Shown here in pieces: positions 14,301-26,300 of a DNA stretch of 64,000 bases. The notes beneath the pieces are model-generated. The model was not told where the DNA came from. It saw only the letters and a program-made list of their open reading frames with translations, and ran no database searches. How positions within the stretch are numbered: the first letter of the stretch is position 1; every line of letters starts with the position of its first letter. The stretch is taken from assembly GCA_002633005.1 (NCBI GenBank), contig NMRA01000281.1, positions 496,527 through 560,526 of the forward strand, in the 5' to 3' direction. The stretch is from Phoronis australis (Eukaryota > Animalia > Phoronida). Position numbers and translations under genes: made by a program.

Positions 14301-17300
14301 TACATTACTTTGAACACATGGTCCATTTGAACCAAGGATGGCACTCCTAACTTTGATTTGGGGTCAGATTCAATGCAGATGTTTGGTATTGGATAAGTAT
14401 TGTATCATTTCCAGAGTGCATGATGGTGTTACTGTGTTTTGAACAGTGCAAGTAATGCAAATTAGCTGACAAAACAATGCTTGTTAAAACTGATCGGAAA
14501 TAGAAAGTAGCCAGCTGTGCTTGGTGTATGTTCTAATGTAATCCTTGAGATCGTAATTTCAGTTACTGGAAAAATGTGGAGCAGTAAAATGTTACAGCAA
14601 TGGCGACTATCACATCTTATTTACAGGAAAGAAAATGCCAAGTATGCATTGTATTTGATATTTTTTCCAGAAACTTTAGAGGAAGATAATTCCCAGCCTG
14701 TACAGATGGCACGTAACAGTTCTTGTGATACTTTGAATTCTACTCTAGAGGGCACTGACTCGTTTGAAGAGTACGACGATGCCGTCACATGTGGCGATGA
14801 GCTCCCCAAAAGCGGTAAAGTAGAAAACTATTTCAGGAAATGTCTTGAAAATTTTGAAAACTTTGAATTCAGCCATTGGTCATAAACCCTCCAGCTTTTG
14901 ATTTAGGTCATTTACTGTATGAATTAGGCCTCAAATTAAAGGTGATGTCAGGGCTTTGAAGGAATTGACAGTTTGTTGTTACGTGAGACACTGCTCTACA
15001 AGTTTGTTGTTACATGAGACGCTGCTCTACAAGTTTGTTGTTACGTGAGACGCTGCTCTACAAGTTTTTTTACAAATTTATTGTCAGTATAAGACGAACA
15101 AGTACATTTCATTTTAATAACGCCACGCTCGCCCGGATTCATACACAACATGTATTTTGCTCTGCAAGTTGGGTTGTCACAGCATGCCATCTCGTGTCCC
15201 CAGCATGGTGTCAAGCAATAACTGTCAGTTCTTTACAAACTCTAATCACTTCTCATGTGAGTAAGGAACAATTGAAACCAGTTTTATAGTCAATTGGTAA
15301 ATGGTCTATTAAAATGTTTGCTTCATTGCCGTAGCGCAAGGTGCCACTTTAAGCTAAGCACTTTATAATAAGTTTTTAGTAAAGTGGCAGTCGTGTAGCA
15401 CATAGTGGCTATGGGATGTTTCTTTCTAGACTTGTAATAATCAAAACTAATCTCAGTGAAGAAGTCTTGCTTTCATGGAGAAACTCATCCATGGTGGTTG
15501 AGGACAATGTACTCTGTCAAGTCGTAGACTCGTATTAATGACTTCTGGGCCTGGGTCTAATCTTTGTACTTGAAATCAAGCTCAAAGTTGTTTCTGACAT
15601 TTCCATTTTACTTGACGTCTGACTGCAAATACAAGATAAGTGTCTATTTTTGTGTGCTTGAGTATTTGATGGTTAGTGCAGATGAATGCAAGTGCAAGTT
15701 TGCACTAGATGACCTCTAGATTCAAGCTGTTGTTACAAACTCGAAGTTTGAAGTTGAGGCTCAAGCTTTAAGGCTTGGGTCATCAAGTACACTCTAGGAT
15801 TAGATAGTTTTCCACATGAACCATAATGTATTCAAGTGTAGAATAACAGGCATTAACCTGAGTTTGCTGAAAAGTGAAATGGAAAATGTTAAAAAATAAT
15901 TTTTTCAGGTTGGATTTTGAGTACAAAGATTAGACCACAGTTTCAAAATTATACACCTAGGTCTTGTTGCACTAAAGGTCTTATAACCTTTTTGATCTTG
16001 AATGTGATTTACGCAAATGTGTGACAACTGTTACGTTACGAAATTCTATCTGAGATCGAAAGTGGCTTAAATGAAACATTAATTTCAGTTTAGACCTAGT
16101 ATTTATTTTTATTAAACGAAGCAATGATTTAATTGCGAATTATGCTTCAAGTTGAAAAGTTTGTGGAATATTACAAATTGTAAGTGAGGGAAGCCCCTTA
16201 GAGCTTTAACCACTAGGCCACTGATCACCTAGTGTAAATGGTACTCAGTTACAGTGTGCTTGCTTTATGATATGTTTACAGATCCGTATGTTATGGGCAT
16301 GAGAAAGACAGTTGACTTTAAGATGGATCATCAAATTCACTCATTCGAAGCAGAGAATGGCTCAACAGTAGGGGCGTGCCGTACAACTGTCCTGTTTCTG
16401 GTGCTACATGGAGGTTAGTGTCACTTTGTGCGCTCGCATAATTATGTGTAACGTGGTCGCATATCGCTGTCGTCTCTGTCCGCGTGTCTGACATCCACTG
16501 CTGTTTCTCCAAACCTCTTGGAGGGTCTTCATGGAAGTTGGCAGATATGTTCATGTGGACCTGATAATGGATGATAATGACTTTGTGATGGATTCTACTG
16601 CCAGTGTGTCCTTGAGCAGTCGTGTTTGTCTCTGTATTTTTAGAGTTGTTTGATGGATTTTCATGGAATTTGGAAAATAGGTTTTTGTTAAGGCGATATC
16701 GTCGCCTTTTTATTTTTGAATGAATTTGACTAACTCTACATCATCTTGTGGCCATTTTTACTATTTACATTTTTTTGCATTTGCAAAACCAACCAAAAGC
16801 GTCGTTATGAAAATTAGCAGATCTGCGTTCCTGCTAAAAAGACCATGACTGACATTGGTTTTTAGATGGGTCCAACTACTCTGGTGTCCCCTAATGGTAG
16901 TTTTGTTCCGTTTTTGCTTGAAAAATTATGAAACAGAGGACTTTTGTGAATTCAATGAAGAAAATCAAAGGTTGCACAAAACGAAAGCCAAATGATGAAT
17001 TAAGAATGCTACAGCATTTTTGAGATTTCATTGTGGATACATACATCTAACATAATTTGGCCGTGCTATTGACAACATTGTTTTGCTAATGGATGAACCT
17101 TTCTTTCTTGATAAACTTAAGTGAAAATACATGGTGTCGTGACCCAGTTAATGACAGTTGGCGTCAAGTGAAAAATCAAATTCTAAGGGTTTTCTACTTT
17201 TTCTGAGTTTAAATCTATAGCTTACAGTAGATTATCTAGCTAAGATAGACTTATCGTTAGAGTTGTATACAACCTTCAGATGGAGCCTGAGGAAGCAATA

Positions 17301-20300
17301 GTTCTCATTCGTGCAATGCTCATAGTCTGCTGGGCAGTACTGGATTCGAACGCAGACCTCAAGAGTGAGATTCTGAAATCCAAACCTCTGTGCTTTGCTG
17401 AGCTAAGACTGTTGTCATTTTTGACTGTAGTGTAGGCTGTAACTGACTATCAGATATTGGGATAGAACATGATTCAGTGATATACATGGCTGAACAATAG
17501 GTGCTGTAAACTGTTGACACTGCCAACTTTCGTCAACTTGTGGTCTAATAAAATTTTTGAAGTTTGGCACTTTGCCAAAAACAGTAAATCAATGTTTGAG
17601 CTTCTATAGGAACCCCTCCATTTTCAAATTACTGTTAATGTATCAAAGATGCTTTTTTAAAAACCAAATTTTAAAAGCCACACAACCCAGCTGTGACTAG
17701 CCATGTCTCTAATGTTGTCTATTTGGACTTTTAGAACAACTCTCACAACCTTGGACGTGCTTGTCAATGTTGGCTGGGAGTTGTCTTGATCCTTTCCACG
17801 TCATGAAATATAGTGTAGTTGTCATATTGTTATCTGTCTGGACTGTCAGCTTATCAATGCTATTAGTTAGTCATGGTGGTTTGCAAAGTGTTAGGTATGC
17901 AATGGCACTTGACAATTAATGGTATTACATTTGAGTATTCAGTAACATGTTTCTGCATAAACATGTTGTGTTGATAAATATTCCCCCGTGTGCCCTAAGT
18001 GTCTTCAACAAAATTTGCTGTAGCCCTGATGTAGTCATTATTGACAGGGTTGTTGGAGCATGGCATGTCTTGAACAATATGCATCACAATGAAGTGTGTG
18101 GCTCTTCAGGAACATTTTAATAGGCTTTCTATGAATTAGAATAAAATCATCCAGTCAAAATTGTTATTGAATGACTGATGAATGCAAAAGCAAAGTAAAG
18201 TGAGAATAGTCATTGAGTTACGTGTTACAACTGAAGGTTGTCACTCTAGTTGTGATCCCAAGATATCTGTGCACAATCTCTCTACAGTCAGCACTTCTTG
18301 TCTCACTCACTGTTTCCAAGAAGTCTTCTGGTGTGGATGTTGGGAATGAAACGAGCACAAGGCACTGTTTGTGATTTCTCAGTTAATCATAAGTTTGCTG
18401 TCCACGTTGTTTCCAGGAAGTCTGCTGGATGCTGGGAATGAACAGAACCCGAAACACGCAGACATCAGCACGTTGCGGGCGACGTTCGACAGCGTGGTCA
18501 AGTCTCACTATCCACACCTGGCTGGTCATATCTGTGTTCGGCTGATCCCATGTCCAGCCACCTGTGCAGATACTATCAACACACTGCTAAGGTTTGCTTT
18601 TTGAAAGATTAAGGTTTGGTGCAATAGCTGCAAACTATAACAGTCATGAGATAACTGTAGTCGAATATCCAAACTTCTCGTGAAAGCATTGTGTTGAATC
18701 AGCAGGACCTGAAATCCAATCTCTGAACTTCAATTGCAACTTCTTAAAGTTTAACTTTCACATTAACATTTTCTATTCTAATGCCGTTCAGTTTGAACTC
18801 AAGCATGGTTGATTTCATTTACATTCCATGAGTACTTCATGACACGGTTAGATGGATTGAGTATACTGTACTTGAATACCTATAGATTCAAGCTACAACT
18901 CATCCAAACTCAAATTTCAAGTTCAAACTCGAATTTAAAACTTTCGTGTTAGGGTCATCCACTGTGGACTTGATGTTTACTCATCAATGTCATATATACT
19001 TGGACTCAAACTGAAGGACGCGAACATAAAGTTGGAGTTCAGGTTCCAAAGATTAGATTTCGGGGTCTGGTAGGCGTAAAGCTGAAATTTTATTTCAAAA
19101 TTAGTGAGATGTGAAATTTAAAAAGAGACCTAATGAATTGCTGATTTCTGTTCAAAGAAATTCTTCTTTAGTTTAAAGCTGCCTTTTTCATCTCTATCGT
19201 GCTGTCGCACTTAGTTCAGTCTGTCAGAGGCAGTGGCATTTTTTCAATCCAAAAACAATTAAGTTAAAAACCCAGATACAGTTAACCCTTCAGGCATCAC
19301 CTAATACACCGTTGCAAAATGCTGATATGATGCTAGTGAGCCTATAATTTTATGCTTGTGTTCATTGGGTGACAACAATGACACCAGATTCTTGAACTTT
19401 GCATATAGAACTGTCCTGAAGTGACATCATGAGAGCTCATTTTGTAATATTGTTGGAGTGTGTTGAAATTTGACGAAAGCCCACCATTAACCAAGCCTAA
19501 AATGCTTTAATAATCATTACTAGAAAATTTCCCACAATTTGTTGCTCCAAAATTTTGCTGATTTCAAAAGAGAAGGGATTTCCTCAAGTTTTGTTTTGTG
19601 AAAACTACTTTTAAATTTGACTATAAAATGGGGGTTTTATTGCTGGTGCATAATATACCAATCTATTGGGTCTATGACAGTCAAATGTGTACTACGTACA
19701 CCTGCATAATTTGCCTCATTAAACATATGTTTCTTGTTCAGATTCCTTGTTCATGCTCAGTGTTCATGTTCTGTGTTCATGCTCCATATTCATGCTCCGT
19801 GTTCATACCCCTTGTTCATGCTCTTCATTCATATTCCAGTATAAGCCCCTTCGTCCATGATTCAGCATCGGACGAGATGGCCCTACGAGAGTTCATGCCC
19901 CTTGCAGCTATACCCCTGCTGGTCACGTCCAATCCTGACTACTATGATTCGCTCACAAACATCATCAACAAGGCCAATGTTGTATACAATGATTTTTTGA
20001 AGAGTGACGAGGGTGTAGGCTTCAATGGTCAAGTAAGCACATTGCCAATAGGTTGATGTTGTGTTAATAATATTAGCCATAGATGTTATATTGAGTGCTG
20101 CTTTGGCGCATCAAAAATGGCCAACTACAAAGTAAGATAAAAAAGAACGAAGCAGTTTATTGAGCCTTTATTGTGAGTCAGTGTGTTGCAAAATTAAATC
20201 TATTCTTTGTGTCCTCATCATTGTGAGAAACAAAACTTCCCAATGTAATACTCATGAAAACATCGCCCCAGGGTGGACTAGGGGGCGTCTTGAATGAGCC

Positions 20301-23300
20301 CCCCATTTGGTGAGGTGGGCAAAAAGGTCCGCCTAAGAGAAACAAAATCTCCAAAAAAATAGAAGAACAGACATACGTCCACTAAAAAGGCAGGAACTTC
20401 CAAAATGTGGCGAATGCAATTCATACCTCTGAACATACCCAGTGAATCTTAGTAAAAGGTCCACATTCTCAAAAATTGGAGTCTCCCATTTTTAGACTGG
20501 GTGCACACATGATATTTATACCTTTAAATAATCAAGGAATAACAGAAAACTCACTTTAATTTGTAGTTTTCAGAAAAAATGGAGTTATGACAGCAATCTA
20601 ATTAATGAAACCATGCAGAAAATAACACTTGATTTTATTAACTTCTGACGTATTTAAAGATGTGTGTCATGTTTCATTGAGTTCATCCAGAAGAAATCTC
20701 AATTTTTGTGAAAATTTTCATTCTTTTTTGCGGTCTCTCATGTTTAAAAATAATTACAGGTGGTCTAGTACAGAAACCAGATGTGTGCTGTTTGCACAGA
20801 TGGGTCAATTGCACTGATCACCTGGAACCATTTTTATGCTTTACTAGTGAAAACTGAGCTGAGGAGCAAGAAACCTGACTCAAAGGTTCAGCAGTGTATC
20901 TCAGTGGGACTCAACCCATGACCTTCAATAAAGGAAACAGACTGTTTTCTCACTAGGTCACACTGCCTCCTCATCTCTGTGTTTAGTTTATTTGATGTAA
21001 TATACTTTTTGTGTAACCTTGTTATTCTTAGTCAAATAAAAGCATGAAAGTTTTGAGACGTCCAGTTGAGGTATCAGTATTCAATTTTTTTGTACTTAGT
21101 CAAATACAGAATTGTGCTAAAGCCTTTGATTGCTGGAAGATGCTCTGATCTTAAACACCTGTAATTTTAAGACTGGAAACCGTAACATGTAGTACAAACA
21201 ATTATAGCCTCCATTGCATTCACTTACGGTTGCTGTAAATAATTTTTCAGTTTGGAACACAATATGCTGGATATGTGATAATGTTTCACTTATTGTCAAA
21301 TTACGTAACAAAACTAATTTGTCAGGAAATTCTGCTGCATTCATTTGTTTTTACTTGTATGGTAAACCTGAAAATGTTAGGTAAACAAATTGAGCCTTTG
21401 AAGCGATGTAATTAGGTTTTGAACAGTTGTCTCAAATTAAAGAACTTTTATCGTAGTTCATATGCCTCATTTCAGTTTCAGGTGACCATGTTGAAAAGTT
21501 ATCAAAGCTGATCTAGCTTCGTCAAAGTTATGGCAAAACTCAAAATCATTCAAAATTAAACATTTGAAAATACTGATTAATTCAAAATGATTTTGCTCCA
21601 AAATTTCGAAAATGTTCAACGCGAAACTAAAGAGGCGCACATTTTCCTACTTGTTTTAGGTATGCCTGATTGGTGACAGCCTAGGTGGCGTGCTTGGTTA
21701 TGATGCTCTCTGTCAGTCATCTTACGCCCTCGGTGCAACGGGGAGTATGTCTGGCAGCCAGACTAGTCTTCTTGACATTGATACATTCGACTGCTCAGCT
21801 CAGCCGAAGACGTCAAACCTGTCCACTATCCACCAGCTCAGTTTCAGCAACCCTGATCTGCCGAATGCGGAAAGTGAGATCGCACCAGACAAAGAGAGAC
21901 CTCGGGTCAAGAGTGAAGCAGTCCTGCCCGATATAGACGTTATGCGAGAAACTCGGAAGTTGTCGCCATCTTGCTCAACTCGACCGTCATCGGCGAGTCG
22001 ACGCACGAGTCGGAGCAGCAGCACAGTGGACCCGGTCAAGTTTGACTTTGAGGTGTCAGACTTTTTCATGTTTGGGTCCCCACTGGCTCTGGTTCTTACC
22101 CACCGGCGAGTGACACTCGGTATGAGGAACGGTGAGTATACGTGATGCTTTTGTGAAATGACTTGAGGCAAAATTCCGACCACTGTTTTTTGAAATCCCT
22201 TCGCAGTTTTCATCATAAAATGCTGAAGTAAACTGGAGGTAAGGAAAGATGATTGACAGAAGTAACTGAATCAAATTTCACACGCTCGTGTACATGGAGT
22301 TGTTGATAGTCTAGAGATAAAGCTGTGGCCGTAGTTTAAAATCTAGGCTGTTGTGTTTTGGTCATTGCAGATAACTGATGTTATGAGATTGGCCTCAGCT
22401 AGGTAATCAGATTGCATAATAATTATACCTACTACTTTACCGTGATAGTGCGTACATGTGTAAATATATAGTATTGATTTTGAAATTGTTTACCTGAATT
22501 TAAATAGTTTCGGAAGTTTTGTTGCTATTGTTATTAGTTGTTTCAACTATATGCTTAGCTTTCATTGTCATTTCGTTACCTGCTAAGAAATTATTATACA
22601 GTGGAGCCCACTTAATGCCATACCCTTGGCTTCAACTTAAATTATGCTAAGAAGCAGAATTTTTCTATCGAGCGGATGCTGACATGGCGATGATCGTTAC
22701 CACTTTTACATCTGGCTATGCTAAGTGGAGAGTCTCGGAGAGAGGGCTCTACAAGAAACAACTGGTGTTCACCCGCGGCATCAAATTCTAATATGGCAAA
22801 TATGAATTGAAGATTAATAAGGTTCGGTTTTTAGATTGAGAAGCGAAGTACATTATGGTAATAAGCAGTTGGGAATCAATTTTTGCTGGTTTTGTAATGA
22901 TAATCATGACATTATGCGGATTGCTTTACATGTGAGTTCAATGGGAAATGATTTGGTTTCTCAACATTTCATGACTGACTGGGGTTTCCTCTTACCAGGT
23001 ATGACCAAGTTGGCTCCACTGCAGTAGATATAATTAGTAAAATAATGGACCGCCTGCTGTGAGTAGATAATGCCGAGATTGGTCTCTCGTAGTTCATTAA
23101 TGGCTAGCATGGGGCAATGCTTTAGCATGATAGCCAATCAAAACAGTGGTTAAAACTTCCTTTCATAGTCATTAAATATTTATTTATTATTGTGACATGG
23201 AAACCGTGTCTTATTTCTTTGAACTGTTCTGTGAACACGAGGCAAACGTGAACATCTCCAGCAACATTTGTGTTTCATTATTATATGTCACCGGCTCAAA

Positions 23301-26300
23301 ATTTCTATTACTGAGAACAGCCAATGCAATGTTTCGTACTTAACACTTAATAGTGTCTTGACTTATTTTCGTAGTTTTACAGTGAGTGTTCCGGATACTT
23401 TACACTGACTGCTAAACAGCATGAAAATTCTCTTGTTACCTACAAAAACAAAATGATTTGTGTAAATGCTCAAGAAAAGGCATGATGAGAACTGTGATTA
23501 AGACTATGATTTACCTTTTATCATGTGCAAGTTACCAGTGACAACGTATTGGTCACCGTGGTGTATTTTACCACACTGCAGGTTGTCTCAAACGTCCGGC
23601 CTGCCACCAGCTGTACAACCTGTTCCATCTAACCGATCCGTCAGCGGCTCGACTTGAGCCCCTTGTAGAAGAAAAGTTCCGCCACATCCGGCCAATAGAG
23701 ATTCCTCGATACCAGAAGTTTCCTCTCGGCGATGGCCAATCTTCTCACCTAGGTGAGTGCAGAACAAGTTGCGGATTTCTTCTGTGCTTCTCAATGACAG
23801 AAATTTTGTTCTTATGAACCAGCAATTATTGTTATTATTTTTACTAAAAACTGGAGCCTCTCGCTAATTTTGCTTTGGGAATTGAATCTTTGGTTGATAT
23901 TGATTGTTTTGCAAATAACAAAAATGTGATACGTTCACATCCCTAAGCATAAAGATTTGTGGGATGTGAGTCGACCAGAATGCAGGATAGAAATTGGAAT
24001 ACGTAATAATCTCGCTAAGGAAGCTAGTGTGGTCATGTGCTTCACTTGCGCAATACATGGTGTCGTGTCGTGTCTTGCGTGTTCTTGCGTGTTTGCAAGA
24101 TTCTCGCTTTTAGGAAGCGCACAGCAGGTTGTTGTGTTCATCTGCTCAGTAGCGTGGCAGTTGACACTGGATAGATGCTACCTGTTTACTCTTATCGAAA
24201 TAACTATTGAAGTTTTTTTTTGGCTGCTTGAAATACTACTAACAGAAGTGATCTCTTCTTATAACTGAGCTACTATGCTTGTAGTGCTGCTGTGGGAGTC
24301 TGGTATCCCACAATTCTTTGTGTAGAGGAAGTCTTATGCTATTCATAAAAATCAATTGTAATGGTAGATTCTGTGATTATTATTTGGAAAATACAATGTG
24401 CTGTGAGGACCATTTAAGGAAATGTCAGTTAGCATCCGTCTCTGATTGGGTTGGGTATCGTTCAACATCTGCGTATTAAATTCTCCATGATGGAATTAGA
24501 TTGCTTCACCAGTGTGTGTCACAAAATGTAAACTTTCAATTTTTGCTACAACTGACAACGATTGATTTCTTCTTTTATATTTATTGTTCTTGTTTTCAAA
24601 ATTTAATTTCCCTTATGTCCGCTGAATATTTGTTCATTAATAGCTGTGTTAGGAAGAGTTTTTCACGTTCACAATTTTTTTTAATTTCAGCTATTGCTTT
24701 TCATCTATTAATCTGCGGATAACATGATGATAATATCAGAAACTAGGAAGTCTGGCAATGGTTGTTCAGTTGAGCTCTAGTTTGTGATATTGCAAGGCTT
24801 CTGTTTTTCTAAAACTGTTTTCATGGAAACCCATCAAAACACCTACTGGACTTGATGACATCACAAGCATTCCTTTCAGTTTTCGCTGACCTCACACGCT
24901 GAATGCTTAGGATTTACGATTGTATTCTTTCTACTGTCTGCTATTAGAATTATGTCGGTAGTCTGTTTTAGTCTCTCTCACTGTAGTTTTGTATTACATG
25001 AATGTGCATGATGAATCCCTGTAGGTAGACCCTTCCTTGTGAGAACATACCACGACCTTTGACATTACCCATGTGACCTGGAGTGTGGTTAGGAGATAGC
25101 TTTTTGTTCAGAACTGTCTGGTCAGAGCTCAGTGACCACTGATTGACATCAGGGCCATTACTTTGCTGGAATTAGCTATTGTACTGTTTTCTAATGAGTT
25201 TAGGTAATATAAGGAATGTAGCTGGAATTAAATACAGATGAAGTGAATACATTATCGCAGTCACATTCCAATCTTGTGGACAGGTGTAGTCTGTTTTAGC
25301 TTTCATTCTCGGGCAGTTTTTTTCCTCTGCGATGTTAAGAGCTGTAATCTCAAGTATGATCTGGCAAATGCTGCAAATAGCTGCTACGTGTTCATGCCAT
25401 GTAGAGTGAAGCAGGAGTCAGTGCACATAACACCCATGTGCATCATACAACTACGTGTGTGACAGAACTATGACGAAATTTGAGGAAATTCCTAGCTGTG
25501 ACCGTGTTTATAATTAGTCAAGTGTCTGACTATAGAAAATGTCGTCGTAGACCATTGTGGACAGACAAGCGATGTCTTTTCATAGATTATCGGGAAGCAT
25601 GTTTCCGTCATGATGTCTGATTAGTCACATTCCCTGACAACTCATAGTTAAAGCTGCTATAACCCGCGTCCCATCAGAGAAACTAACTTTCGATTTCGCC
25701 CGATTTACTGCTAGGTTATAAAAATGTATTTGACTTACCAACGTCAAGGCCTAGGGTCTTACCTCTGAACTCGGATCGACTCGGACTCAGATATTTTTGA
25801 ATTTGACCAATCACACTACCTGATTTGATTATTTTGTAAGTTTGCTCGAAGCATGCCATGCAATTGGTCAATTGGTCCAGTCGAGCTTCCAATGCATAGA
25901 GTAAACCTCTGGCCCAGGAGTCGTTTCTGGACTCGAAATCAACTGAGAGAGTTCATTACTGGAGACCATGTCATGACAGGCCAACTTATCGAGTCTGGCC
26001 TTGAGCAGTTCTGAACTGCCAAATGAATTCTTTCTGATGGCCGGAATCACCTCTAAATCGAGACGAATAAATCGTGCAGTACTTCTCCACTTCTTTGGCA
26101 TAAAAATACTTGCCGTTTTTTTATAGACCGATTTCTTTACTGCAAATACTGTAAAAGTCATGGAAAATTTGCCAATAGTCGTTTTAGGACATCTGTACAG
26201 TACAAACCATGCTAGAAATAGACAAATACTTTGATGTGGAGAAATTTGAAGAAAAAGAATATTGCACTTGCCGGGCATATAGGGAGGAATTACTATAGAT

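Noticed and set aside
17335-17410. tRNA gene candidate
   Set aside because: B box present but the cloverleaf stems do not form; treated as a SINE remnant
21800-22216. Antisense ORFs over coding exons (also 23588, 37075, 54162, 56327, 61004)
   Set aside because: Shadow frames of real + strand exons with no recognisable domains
24850-24905. Box C/D snoRNA-like TGATGA...CTGA in an intron
   Set aside because: Imperfect box C context, no terminal stem and no recognisable rRNA guide sequence
25868-26278. 136-aa minus-strand ORF in an rdgB intron
   Set aside because: Lies within a non-autonomous inverted-repeat element and has no recognisable protein motifs
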